DNA of 64,000 nt from an uncultured archaeon. GTDB taxonomy: Archaea; Iainarchaeota; Iainarchaeia; Iainarchaeales; 1-14-0-10-31-34. Positions 47,401 through 57,300 of this stretch are shown piece after piece. Position 1 is the stretch's first letter, and each line of letters starts with the position of its first letter. The translations under genes were made by a program, and so were the position numbers. The stretch covers positions 1,416-65,415 of the forward strand of contig CAYTYC010000004.1 in the NCBI GenBank assembly GCA_964442255.1, read 5' to 3'. Below the pieces are notes generated by a model. The model ran no database searches and was not told where the DNA came from. It saw only the letters and a list, made by a program, of their open reading frames with translations.

Positions 47401-49336
47401 GGTGCACGCCCGCTTCATTGAACCCCGAGCCCTTTGGAACCCTTAACTCGAGTTTTGCGGTGTATTTTCCCCCGGCATCCAGGAAATCCTCAGCCTGCAG
47501 GTTGCCTAACCACAATCCTTTCCACACGGCCTCAAACCTTTCAACCGCGCCGCTTAAAATTATTTCCTTTTCCATTACCGCGTCGTCCACCGCCTTGAAG
47601 GGCAGTGTCCTGTATGTTACGTATTCGTCTCCGCCAACCAAAAGGTAAACCGTTTTGTCCGCCCTTATGGAAGTGATTTCCTTTTTTCCGGTGGAGTCTG
47701 TCACTCCCCTCAAATTTGACAGTTCTTCGTCCGTGGAAGCGTCAAACACTTTTACTGTGACTCCCTGCAGCGCTGTTCCGGACTCGTTTTTCACGTTCAC
47801 TCTCACTGTTCCGCGGCCGATGCTTAACTGCAGAGTAACCTGTTTTACTTCCCTTTCCCTGAGGCTTACTTCTTTGTTGTTTCCCTGAAAGCCGGGTTTT
47901 TCCGCGTACACGATGTATGCGCCCGGCTGCACGCCCTCAAACCTGGCTGTTCCGTCAAAGCCTGTTGTAAGGACTTCCCCGACCAACGCGAATTCGTCCG
48001 CGGTTTTAAGCATTACCTTCACGTTTTCAACGGCTTCACCCTCTTCGTCCACCACCTTGGCCTCGATTGCCTGCTTAACCCCTTCCGGAACCGGCGTCAG
48101 TTCAACTGTAACTTCATCGTATACTTTTAGCCCGGCCAGGGTTTCCTTGTAGTAGCCGATTGCGTCAATGCTTGCATTGAATTCCTTGTCGTCCGCAACC
48201 GGAAATTCAACGGATCCCAAGGAATTAGTGTAGCGTTCGGTGAATATTCCGTCCCCGCTTTCAAATATTACTTCCGCCCTTTCAATTGCTTTCCCTGTTT
48301 CGGCGTCCAGAACCCTTACAGTTATTTCGCCGTTTACTCCTGCCCCAAGCATTATTTTCGGGAAGTGCTGGTAAAGGTTTCCGACAACTATTTCAACGTA
48401 TTCCTGTCCTTCTTTTTCGGAGTTAAAGCTTGCGTAATCCTTTGCGTTGTACGCGAAAACCCAGTAGGTTCCCTGGGAAATGCCTTCAATGAAGCAGCCT
48501 CCGCTGTAGTCTGTTTCGCAGAACCCCACGGAAATGCTTCCCCCCCTTTTCCTCAGGTTAACCGTTATTCCTTCCAATGGGCTGTCGTTTTCGTCCACAA
48601 CGTAAAAGTCAATGCTTCCTTTTTCTTCCCGGATTTCTTCTTTCAGGTAAATTGCCGGATTTGAGTCCTCCAATCCATAAGAGCAGGTGCCTTCGCATTC
48701 AAAGCCCGCCGGCTTTGCTGTAATCTTTCCGCAGTCTTCGGGCACGTCTTCCAAAGTCATCTGCCCGTTTGTCGTGGAAAGCCTTTCAAAAAACCCTTCG
48801 TTTTGCGAGCACGAGAATTCCGCGGCAATATAGCCTGTGTAAAGGGTCTGCGTGTTTCCCTTGTAGACCCTGAAAACAATTGTTTTCAGGCCCACTGCCT
48901 TCAATTCCACCAGTGTTTCCGTTTCGCTTAACGTGACTGTTTTTTCGGAGTAGCCTGTTGCGCTTACCGTGGCTTTTGCCTGTTTTCCTGCTTCGGCTTC
49001 AAATTTGATTGTTCCTTCCGCGTTTGTTGCGCCGGATTCCTTCATTTTGCCTTCAACGTATAGCGTGACCTTTGCGCCGGAAACAGGGTCAGCGCTTTCG
49101 TCCACAACTTTTATGAGATAGCTTGCGTTGAATCCCGGCAAACCGAATCCGAAGAAAAGGAAATATATTCCCATTGCAATGAGAACCCACATTAAAATGA
49201 ATAAAGGAAAGCTTGGAATGTTGCGGGACTCAAAAACGTCTATGAGCTTGAATACAGGGATTCCTTTCTTGTCCAATGCATCCATTAATCCGTAGTATTT
49301 GTCTTCCAGCCCGCGGTAAAAGTCCTTCAAGCCCAT
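41474..49336 (-). CDS. Giant surface protein 3 (2620 aa): the same N-module plus TM, CarboxypepD_reg-like repeats, a Tyr/Gly/Asn-rich prion-like tract, and coiled segments
   Basis: N-terminus MGLKDFYRGLEDKYYGLMDALDKKGIPVFKLIDVFESRNIPSFPLF. ~100-aa tract GYGMHQNYFGYNPLSTGAYYQNPNSYNNFY..YGGYQQPFYGGGYMDPAYSGLHGYG. The C-terminal part is partly alignable with giants 1 and 2 (FCDGAQYAVS). Confidence 0.85.
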   Translation of the reverse strand: MGLKDFYRGLEDKYYGLMDALDKKGIPVFKLIDVFESRNIPSFPLFILMWVLIAMGIYFLFFGFGLPGFNASYLIKVVDESADPVSGAKVTLYVEGKMKESGATNAEGTIKFEAEAGKQAKATVSATGYSEKTVTLSETETLVELKAVGLKTIVFRVYKGNTQTLYTGYIAAEFSCSQNEGFFERLSTTNGQMTLEDVPEDCGKITAKPAGFECEGTCSYGLEDSNPAIYLKEEIREEKGSIDFYVVDENDSPLEGITVNLRKRGGSISVGFCETDYSGGCFIEGISQGTYWVFAYNAKDYASFNSEKEGQEYVEIVVGNLYQHFPKIMLGAGVNGEITVRVLDAETGKAIERAEVIFESGDGIFTERYTNSLGSVEFPVADDKEFNASIDAIGYYKETLAGLKVYDEVTVELTPVPEGVKQAIEAKVVDEEGEAVENVKVMLKTADEFALVGEVLTTGFDGTARFEGVQPGAYIVYAEKPGFQGNNKEVSLREREVKQVTLQLSIGRGTVRVNVKNESGTALQGVTVKVFDASTDEELSNLRGVTDSTGKKEITSIRADKTVYLLVGGDEYVTYRTLPFKAVDDAVMEKEIILSGAVERFEAVWKGLWLGNLQAEDFLDAGGKYTAKLELRVPKGSGFNEAGVHLRTGKSADNTNNIIEKDSLHIKSATASDAVILKGTSYNPPKGHAVDSQHTTSGSAKWANIKWMDVDEGIMEIEAEIQVRDAARSGEKLEIHYRAWGERESVLRFPSDSVLGASKENSEKQALYARVKTEVYTLGPSNLCGKSFCSSFTMANIETGSETTVVESYPAEISGNYRLKFSLTSVGEEYSPDAKLEIKSENEGLKFGEYEVIDVTSAKSAGNADRFELTAPMGNISKGDTVQGWVNFKTMKEGTNNLNFQIVASGAGGENRVFSKNFRVKVEAVKEMELEMLPLMVVPFIKNNVILRFTDSGGKGIPGVRVDIKVNGEMAYSGVSDSEGVYTLTLERLEPGAELTIKAEKNGYKTVEQTVKLEPNVLSFTPEEITESLSVVEDFEVQRDVVVRSLTDLPLTIEAIEFSGDFTDYLRFRLLEQYVGAEIVKGLDYSIAFGLSLSPKGKALNEVRTVKGKILAYLANQETEKSFSIEVPIEVFIGLGGEVDDLECLVLTKEKWNILTGKETVGQSIVLINNCSVDGKSIALKNLQAKVLWNENPVGEFSVDADIQGSRRVDLTSKFRGLSESLPTNSETSLAFTFDPDVLKSAKGTARLIVQATNPTEQGLQEIKAEIEAEVSINDILECMEIRAIGSQRLEFGPYNLGYGMHQNYFGYNPLSTGAYYQNPNSYNNFYRLSNMDNPDWYSSSYYANTSIGSAGRSSDILYNNWNQLSFPYGGYQQPFYGGGYMDPAYSGLHGYGMANQGKFKAINNCGATVDIEVDSENLMVSPDSGTLEPKEETEFTVQPAYFFGEYPVHIRAGLAASEETKKDIDTLLYLVQSEYIRDYSDCITLNRRTFQFNSLFPKPQQGIITNTCFNQGVILKRDRPIKVEGLSFFESNLSDRGYREGAGVSAAGRTPTTIQEYLIADNVIIDEPPRTKIGPNGQATEEMVFSLIKVQDPTQYQKSVEKSIKDNVDPIGKLLRFRWELSDLYYRAWTPSMLKVYFTNRYGFEDYVPFRITVEDLWELASGLSGRVYYGNPDVSPEECIRNRFEFELGFTIDEYYFDGGTFKWKPSPPVLITERDAEKCGQQDRLRIWGQKAFEKDNIRVSFEEVDGGKNIELMVKKLGKTKGDMVGFEGSLHVKVIRPNPARVADVIMPFKVNVKGDGEGPGEWEDKTQDCYERVLDEANKRLDEIEGKADEIMKKLKECELPEEEKEKVRETVEEELGGLTPEERQAKIELLKQELREKIAGCEKEGAETGSGVITKYGFDRLLFEWDYGDLETLGKNICDSSVNENAMFCDGAQYAVSLDQKAKTIKEFTEKVENNDCIEDEWSETKVCEKNSNNLYRFAAAQKAITDDDPEGGRTQLAFFLDGETGRILRQPKPLRPSELEGVLDTEFAEAVLATAGDMPEEADATVERASRLLSEMKSAPAVDHLDIVAEVNTKGFTGDEIKTLKDLGAEQITGKYYVLTFNEFKAMHDRLENAMEDDRAACADWRSTPTTTYPPSGCCDALKENATVCRIAIIVEDDGKIAKAIDTPIAAQFLQKLYKGTSFKLGTRNKDFGEKEEEMKNEIIKKGKKVSGITTDEIDRLYNENITVNSYLMHEAYTKSLFGDFASTYKNIGGLGAPDTTLNGKNVEKLPPKEINAGEYKVNVNYLWGKAEEDKRKFEITFERLNLLKDIEGMEEYVKNFLFEMPFDGKVDGRFSSTPASSILPVTIYDYGVFTDNADSGAPEVELMDGAPLKTGVGGVMHFRVEFPQSLEETKTGTLLRIEKYGGTGGSGLIKYTPSNPVNIKAELEGGEKGKGFYYEITDISGHKVGEELEPMVEWLSAEGQFEDRIRNMAELCAGATEERHSVVISTEKSTGTTGLLALAFVPMKGQLKFSVLCSQGRAEASIVDFFNKNPREITHPGGTQPKEAVLSNANLSGETIKAMIDRIKNELVCFEPLDVRDGYATGLELSWNKEKVSTELKALLAKLEASK

Positions 49337-49443
49337 GCAATTCCTTCTGCAGAGTGAACCAATTAATTATTATGTAATGGTTTCTTTATTTATATATCTT
49401 TTTGTTGCCTTCCATTAATATTTCTTTTCTTTTTAAATGGGGT

Positions 49444-51318
49444 TTAATTTGGGTTTTCGTTGGGTGAACAGCCTCCCGGGCCCATATCTCCTATGTTTGC
49501 AGTTTCAAATAGGGAATAACAGGTCCACCCTTGGTTCGCATTGCATGCGGCTGTCGGGTTGTCTTTTGCGTCTTTGTCTAATGCGCAGGTGCCTGTATCC
49601 ACCCTTGCATAATAGTTTGGGTTGAATGGCTCAAATGTGTCCTTAAGCCTTATGTTGTATGCTACCCCTGTTTCGGCTTTATTTTTGTTGACAATATATT
49701 TTGGGTTTTTTTCCACAAACCTGAGGTTAACGGTTATCCTGTCCAGCTCTTCGCAGAATGCCTTCGGCTGATTTGTGAACCCTGTGCACTTAAATTCCGT
49801 TATATTTGGGTGGGTTATTTTGTCGTCTTCAGTGAGGAAAACCCCGACATCCTTATTGTAGGGGGTCATCGGACAGCCTGCATTTGTTTTGCCGTAGGGG
49901 TAATTTATGTTAAGGTAGTTTCCTTGCGTGGAGGGGGCCTGGGCTAAACTTATTTCAGAAGTGCTGACACTGTTTCCAGCCTGCTTAATTACTTTTGAGG
50001 GGGTTTGGTCAGTGGAAATGCTTATGCCGTAAAGAGGGCAGTTTTCCAGATATTCGTTCACGCCTGCTGCAAGTATGTCCCCCCCATTTATTTCCGTTCC
50101 GTTTCTTCCAATTAAAATATATCCGTCATCCTTGTCCGCGTTAAGGTATTCTCCCGTGTTATAATTTTCCACCGCAAGGTTGCAAAGCCTTCGCACAACC
50201 ATTTGTTTGATTGCATCCTCGGTAAGCATTGTGTCTGGCTCAAGGTTTCCTTGCACTTGGCTGAAAGACGCCTTGTCGCCTGGAAAGTAATAAAGGAAAA
50301 AATTCCCCACAATATCGCACATTCCAAGCGCTTTTAGTTCCTGGGTGCATGTTATGCCTGCTTGCATTATCTCTTCTGAGGGCGTGGTGGCAAACCTTTG
50401 GTCTCCCGGGCAGTATGCTCCGCTGCCTATTTCCTTTTCACTTGAGCTCAGGTAAGGGTGTTCGCGCCACCTGCAGCTGTCTATATCGCACAAGCCTAAA
50501 CGCATTTCCTCAAGTTCATTGTGAATGCGCGGGGAAAAAATTCCGTAGTTTTGTTTCCAAAGCGTGCCGGTTTCCCTGTTGTGCTCTATTGCCAGCGCCC
50601 TTGCCTCCGCAAACGCCTTGAATATTCTTACAGGCACGTAGATGCGCAGGTTTGTTCTCGGCATTATCGGCTCTTCTATCACCCGGTTTGTGCGAGTGTT
50701 TGTTACCTTTATTTTTGGGAACGCGTAATAGTCTTCAGCGCTCAGGTTTCTGGGATTCAGGTTAATGTAAAAGGTCCCAATGCATTTTTTGGGGTCGCCG
50801 TCTTCGCATCCCACGACCTCAATGAAGCTTTCTTTTGATTTGAGCATTTTATTCAATACTTCTTGAACTTTTCCCCTTTCCGCCTGGGTTGTTCCGGTAA
50901 GCTCTATCTGGAAAACCCCCACCTGCCTTTTGTACTGGTATCCTTTCACCAGCTCTTGGCTGAGAAAATATGTTAACGCCTGGGTGCTTTCATCTTTTTC
51001 GTTTTTCAGGCCAAAAAAAAAGGTTCTCGTGAACTGTTCCACCAATTCATCCCATGTGAGTTCCTGGAACGCAAAGCTTGCCCCGTTTGTGCTGAGCCAG
51101 TCCTCTATTTCAAACCTGACCTGGTAGTTGAAGAGCTGGATTGCGTCCGCCCTTGTCAAGTCCACGATTGCCTGCATTTCGCTTTGCTCTTCAATGTCTG
51201 AAATCAGCGCAAGCTTGTCTGCCTCCGCTTTCACCATGCTTTGCACAACGACAACACTCAAAACAATCAGCACAAAAGCCACCAATGCGGTGAACAAGGT
51301 GAAGGCTTTTTCTTTCAT
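49444..51318 (-). CDS. Large (624 aa) pilin-like protein with an archaeal class III (prepilin) signal peptide; Cys-rich globular body
   Basis: N-terminus MKEKA|FTLFTALVAFVLIVLSVVVV: a K-A at -2/-1 followed by a ~20-aa hydrophobic stretch, as in PibD/FlaK substrates. At least 8 Cys pairs. Embedded between giants 3 and 4. Confidence 0.6.
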   Translation of the reverse strand: MKEKAFTLFTALVAFVLIVLSVVVVQSMVKAEADKLALISDIEEQSEMQAIVDLTRADAIQLFNYQVRFEIEDWLSTNGASFAFQELTWDELVEQFTRTFFFGLKNEKDESTQALTYFLSQELVKGYQYKRQVGVFQIELTGTTQAERGKVQEVLNKMLKSKESFIEVVGCEDGDPKKCIGTFYINLNPRNLSAEDYYAFPKIKVTNTRTNRVIEEPIMPRTNLRIYVPVRIFKAFAEARALAIEHNRETGTLWKQNYGIFSPRIHNELEEMRLGLCDIDSCRWREHPYLSSSEKEIGSGAYCPGDQRFATTPSEEIMQAGITCTQELKALGMCDIVGNFFLYYFPGDKASFSQVQGNLEPDTMLTEDAIKQMVVRRLCNLAVENYNTGEYLNADKDDGYILIGRNGTEINGGDILAAGVNEYLENCPLYGISISTDQTPSKVIKQAGNSVSTSEISLAQAPSTQGNYLNINYPYGKTNAGCPMTPYNKDVGVFLTEDDKITHPNITEFKCTGFTNQPKAFCEELDRITVNLRFVEKNPKYIVNKNKAETGVAYNIRLKDTFEPFNPNYYARVDTGTCALDKDAKDNPTAACNANQGWTCYSLFETANIGDMGPGGCSPNENPN

Positions 51319-51333
51319 CAGCTAAAACCTTTC

Positions 51334-54300
51334 CTAAGAGACTGCGCCTTCAATTGATTTGCCCTCGTTTTTGGCAATGCTGCCCATTTTGCTTAACACT
51401 GTTGTGGAGTATTCTATTGCGGCGTTTTTGATGATTTTGCATTTTTCTATTGCCCCTGTGCCCCCGTGGTATGCCCCTATCGCCAATGCAAGGGGGTCGT
51501 CGCAGCCCTTTATGTCATCTTGCTGCAGCAGGTGCTTCACAATATCTGTTCCGACTTCAATGTTTACGGTCTCATCAAACCACAATTCTTTTGGAATTGC
51601 CTTGCCTTTTCCTTTGTAGTTTACCCTTGCAGGAAATGTCTTAACTCCCGGAACTTCAATTATCATTGTGCCTGTGTCACGGTAGCCGTAAGTGTCTTCC
51701 CCGTCTTTTGCGTACTTTTTGACTGAAGGCAGGCTTGTGTCGTTGAACCAGTAAGGCATTATCTGCATTAACCCCGTTGCCCCTGTTTCCGTGTTTACCG
51801 CAAACCTGTTTCCGCTGCTTTCGGTTTCAATAATGCTTTTAATCAAGTCCTCGCTTACTCCCGCGGCCTTTGACGCGCTTTTGGTTTTCGCATCCTGGCT
51901 TGAGGTTGTCCTGTTTATTTCCATTTCCTTTGCTTCAAATTCGTTCCCGCACTTGTCCAGCCTGTTGCTTGTGCTTTGGATTTCGTCACTGCTTGTCACC
52001 AGCCAGAACTGCAGGCACTTGTCTTTTCCTTCCAGATGCCTTACCCCGTAAGTGAAGTTTTTCTGGAACTCGAATTCTTTGGCTGTAAGCTCAACCGGCA
52101 CTCCGTTTATGGTTTGCAGCCCGGTTGGTTCGCAGTATCCTCCCGGGCTTTGCACTCCTTCCGCGCCCCAATACCATTTGAATGCCTCGTATCCCGCGGC
52201 TTCTCCCGCCGCCAGGCACCCGAATCCGCGGATGAATCTTGAAAGGTTTGGGTGGTTTGCCCAGAGCCTTCTCCACCTGCTCACTTCCGCGGCTTCTCCC
52301 CGCACAATCCATTTCTTGCTTTTTCCGACCTTTTTTGCTACGTCTTCAAGCCCGTCTGCCGCTGTTGTGTAGTTCCTGTTTCCAACCTGGTCCGTGACTG
52401 TTTTCATGGACTTCCTGATGCTTTTTTCCCCGTCCATGTTTGTGTGGTCCAAAATTTCCTTGAGCTCGCTTGCCTCCCTGTTCAGGTTGCTTATCACCGC
52501 GTTCCTTGCGTCATCCACTGCAACCGTTCCAACCAAGTCCCCTTCCTTCAGCAAGCCTTTTTTTACCAGGTCGTCTACAACCCCTTGGTGGGCTCTTGAA
52601 GCGTTTTTAAGCCTTCCCGCTTCGTCCACCAGGTTGTCGTACTGGGTTTGCATTTGGGGGCTGATTGCCTGCCTCCCCCTCCCTTGGGTTAAGTTATCCA
52701 TCTGTGTTTTTAGGGCTGCTTCCTGTTTTTCAAGGGATTCAAGGCCTATTCCTGTGTTGTCAATCAGGGTGAATTTTCCCCCCGCATCCGCTGTTATATT
52801 CATGTACTGTCTTCCGGTTACCGGGTCGGTGAAACCGCCAAGCTTGGCGTTAATCCCTGACGCCACTTTTGCCCCGCCCTGCAGGCTTTCAAGCCTGCCT
52901 TTGATTGCGTCTTTGGCAAACTCTGACGGCGCCAGAACCTGGTCAACGCCAGGGCGAATTGTTTTCCATGCCTGCCTTGTGCCCCCTGTGGCCAGGCTGG
53001 TTGAAACCATGTCTTCAATGATTTCTTTTCCCGTGTCATCCAAATTTCCCACCAAAAAGTCAGGCAGCCAGGAGTTCCCTCCCTCGGCTTTAACCGCTTC
53101 ATCAAGTATGAGCTTTTCCTCCCCTTTAACGAAGTTAACCAAATCCTTTATCTTGCCCCACGTGAAGTCCACGATTTTGTCAAAGCTCAAGTCAACGTTC
53201 AAGTATTCTTTAATCAGGCCTACCGCTACAGGCGGCCCGCAGGTGAGCAGCAGGCAGTCCACAACCGCGCCCGGAATAAACCCCAGCTTTGTAATTACGG
53301 CGCACCCTCCGCAGCCCACAAAGCATCCTGCACCCCATGCGGCTATGGACGTCACCCTTTTGCTGCTCTCCGCCTTAATGAGTTCGCTTTTCGGGTCAGT
53401 TAATTTGTTTTTCCTTAACTGCGAGTACACGTCAGCCAAGTTTACCTTGTCGTCCCCGCCGTCCCACACAAGTGTCGCGTAATAAGGCTCTTCTCCCACA
53501 GGAGTCTTGTATGCTTCCTCCAAAAACTCTAATGGAGTCAAACCGCACAGCATTAAGTCTATTTCCCTGAATTCTTCCATTGAATAAGGTCCATGCAGGT
53601 CCTCTGCCTTCAATTTAATGCTTTTTTCGGTTGCCTCCTGGAAGTCCGCCCCTCCCCTGATGCACAACTGGAAGTGATAATAGTAGCGCTTGCTTGCCTT
53701 GTCAAACTTTGCCAAATTAACCGTAAAATCGCGGTCTGTTTCAGTCAGCCTGAATGCAGGCTTTTCGCCTTTCCTTTCATATTCCCAGACAATTTTTTCC
53801 CCTGTTTTGGCTTCCTCGCCTTCCTTCGGCGCCTCTGTTTTTTCCGCAGTTTTTGCAGTTGTCTTAACCTGTTTTGCGCTTGCATCCCACACTTCAATGT
53901 ACTCCAGCCCAGGAATTTTCGCGCTGTCTTCATCAAACACCAAGTCAAATTCCCCTGAGGAAAGGTTTGACAGCACTCCATTAACGCAGGTTTCCTGCAT
54001 TGAAACCTGCATGCTTCCCGGAACCTCCAAACGCGGAACAAATTCTTCAACCCTTTCTGCGCTGCTTACAACAAAAAAGCTTTCATCCCTTGAAATGCAC
54101 GCATCACCCAGCTTTGAATTCCATAGGTTTCCCAGAATTCTTGCGGTTTCCTCTATCAGCTTGTCTTCCCCGCCTTCAACGCTTTCCGAGGCTTCAACTG
54201 ATTTCCTGCTTACCGTGACATACACTTTTTTCGGGTTTTCAGCCGAAAAACCCGGCTTCACTTCAATCTTCATCAGCCCGTTGAAGGGCACTTCCCCCAA

Positions 54301-57300
54301 CTCCAGTTCAACCGTGTTTCTGCTTCCCCCCCCGCCGAGCCGGCCCTCGCTTTTTCCGAAAAGCTTTTCCGCAAACTTTTCCTCAAATTTTTTGGTTGAA
54401 GAATCTTTTCCGTCAACCATTGTCAGCCAGCTTTCGTATGCGGACTCTGAATTGTATTTTTTGTCCAAAGGCAAAAAGTTCGGGGCATTCTGCGCAACGC
54501 TCTTGCATTCAGGGGTTTCATCGGCGTCAACCAGCCTGAACACGACAACAATTGATTCGGTGTCCAGCCTGTCTCCTTCAACCCCCACCGCGCCTGTTGT
54601 CGTCAGCTTGTATCTTCCGCATCCCGCCAAATCCCCGGGAATGTAAATCCTGCTCAAAAGCCCGATTCCTGCAACCCCAAAATCGCCTTCCCCGTACCTT
54701 ACATCAAAGTTTTCAAACTCGCTTGACTTTAAATCGTCGATTTCTTTTTTCAGCATTTCCCTGCTCAAATTGTCGTGCGAAAGGAAAACCTCCAGGCTGT
54801 CTGCCTGAATGTTCATTGACTCAAACGTGCAGTAGCCCTGCCTTGGGTCGCAGCCCTGAACATTTAATGTGGTGTTTGCGAGTTCGGTTACCCTTCTCTT
54901 TGCCTGCACTATCTTGTCTTTTGCCTTCTTTGCGATGTAACCCGCCATTCCCTGCGCGTCACAGTATCCTTCATGGCAGTCTGTTGAAAGCTTGGGGAAG
55001 CTTATTTTTTTTGTTTCAGAGTCCCGGTCCTCGCATATTGGCACCTCTATTTCAGGCATTGCCCTGCATTTTCCGCCGGAACAGCTTGTCGCGCTTTCCC
55101 CCACCTTCAATGAAATGTTCACGGGCTCTGATTTAATGAGTTCGCGTGTCACCTGCCCTACTCCCAGAACGGAAACAGGCCTGCTTACGTCAATGCTTTC
55201 TGAAGGGTAAACAGTTAATTCGAAATCGTCCCTGCCTGTCTGGGGCGGCAGCACTTCCCCGTCCGGGTAAATTTCAATGTAATTGTTTCCAATGTACTTG
55301 GGCTCCATTTCCCCTATCACAACGGGTTCCTGGCAAAAGTTTTTGATGCTAACAAAGCGGGTGATTGCCTCAAACGACTTTTTTGTGTCTGTCTCAAAAT
55401 TCAATGGCTCCCCGGGAAGGGTTTGAAGGGAGAGGCAGTGCCAGTCCGACACATGGAAGTAAACCGGAACGCTCCAAAGGTTTGTGTAGTGCCTGCCCTC
55501 AATGTTTCCGTTTATAACAAGGTTTCCGAGATGGGTTGAGCTTTTTTCAGTGTTTGCTGTTGCCACAACGTATGCGGGGGGAATGGATTGCCCTTTTTTC
55601 AGCAAAGGAAACTCGTTCCTTGGCTCTATTTTGACGTCCACTCCCGGAATGTGCTGCTCCAATGCCATTGTAATCTCTGAAACATCCGCGTTTCCGCGGT
55701 TTGAAATGAACAGCATTGCCCTGCCTATCCCTGTTTTTTGCCTTTGGCTTTGAGTAATCCATATGTGCAGGTTGTCGGGCACAAACAACGCAATCTTTGG
55801 GTTCCATAAAATGATTTTCAGGGGAATGCTTTTACTTATCTGCGGGCTTTTAAAGAACACATCATAGTTGTACTGCTGCTGGAGGTCAAACATCGTGGGG
55901 AAAGTGCTCACCAGCTCCAAACTGTACTGGTGGGGTTTTCCGTCCGCCTCCAAACGGAAGGTTCCAGCGTAAACCTCAACCCCCGGCGCCTCTTTTCCTT
56001 TTGGAAGGGCTTCCGGGGAAAAATTCAATGGAACCCCGCAATTGTTTTTCATCAGGATGTCCAAAGTTTTCCGGTTTCCCTCCGCCCCGACCAGGTAAGC
56101 CTGGAGTTCGCTTGAGTCAAACTCCAAACAGCTTTCCTTGAGCCTTTGATTGTAGTTAACCTTTACCCTTGTTTTTGCGGCTACAACGTATTCCCCGTTC
56201 ACGAGCCCCGTGAATTCAACGTCTGCCTCGCCGTGCACTATTTTTTCCTCGTTTCCCGTGTATTCCGCGGTGAACCCAATTTTTCCTGTTTCCCTTGGGC
56301 CTAATTCCGCCGGGGGAAGCGCGCTTAAAATGAGTTCATCCGGCCAGTTTTTCGCGGGAACCACTTCAGCCGCAATCCCGCTCACCGGAAGGGTTAAGGT
56401 GTTCCTTATTGTTTCCTCAATTCTCACAACCTTTTCCCCGAAAGGCATGTTCAACAAAATTTTTTCCTCAATCTTTAATCCTTCTTTTGCCCCGACCATG
56501 AACCCTTTTTCCACGGGCCTGAATCCCGGTGCCTCAATTCTTGCGGCGTATTTTCCGGGTTCCAGTGAATTCTTGAACCTGTACACCCCGTCCCTTCCGT
56601 TTCCGGTTGAGCCGTCCCCAAGCATTTCCGCAGCGGTTTCCCCGTCAGCCGAAATTATCCGGATTTTCGCGTTTTCCACCGGCCTTCCAAGGGAATCCTT
56701 AAGCGTTATTTTGATTTCTTCTCCCGCATTCACGAAATCCTCCAGCTCAATGTCCAGTTCCGCTTCCCTGAACACAGCGAAAAACAATTCATCTTCAATG
56801 CCTTCGTTTCCTAATTTGGCTTCGCTTCTGATGAAGGCCTCCCCTTCCTTTATTCCCTTGAAATAGAATCTCGCGGTTTTAGGGGTTCCCCGTGAAAGCG
56901 AAATGTTGTTTGCGGTGAGCGCCTGCAAAGGGTTTTCGTTGTCCGCAAAATTGGATGCGCCTGAAAGGCTGTAGGAAGTGAAAACAACTTTTGGCACGGA
57001 GTCAGATGTTGAAACCCTCAAATTGACTGAAAGGTTTTCCGCTGCCACCATTTCCGCTTCAAGCGCGTACACTTCGCCCAAGCCCGCGGAAAACTCTTTT
57101 TCCCCGAACCTTCCGCCTTCTTTTGTCAAAAACATGTGGGTTATGCACAGTTTTTCCTTGCACAACGGCTCGGACTCAAACACGCTTACTTTTTCTGAAA
57201 TTGTTTCCGCATACAACGCGGATTTTTCCCTGCTTACTTTTTCGCTTCCCAGCACCTGGTCTTCGGGAGTCCGGGCAGTTAGGCCGTTGAATTCCGCCCA

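Noticed and set aside
52394-54646. Long plus-strand ORFs (362 aa at 52394..53482, 318 aa at 53690..54646, 218 aa at 56210..56866, and similar inside giants 1-3)
   Set aside because: They are antisense to the giant minus-strand genes. Their translations are Ser/Pro/Leu-rich low-complexity sequence with no motifs. They arise because the sense strand has biased codon composition over many kilobases.
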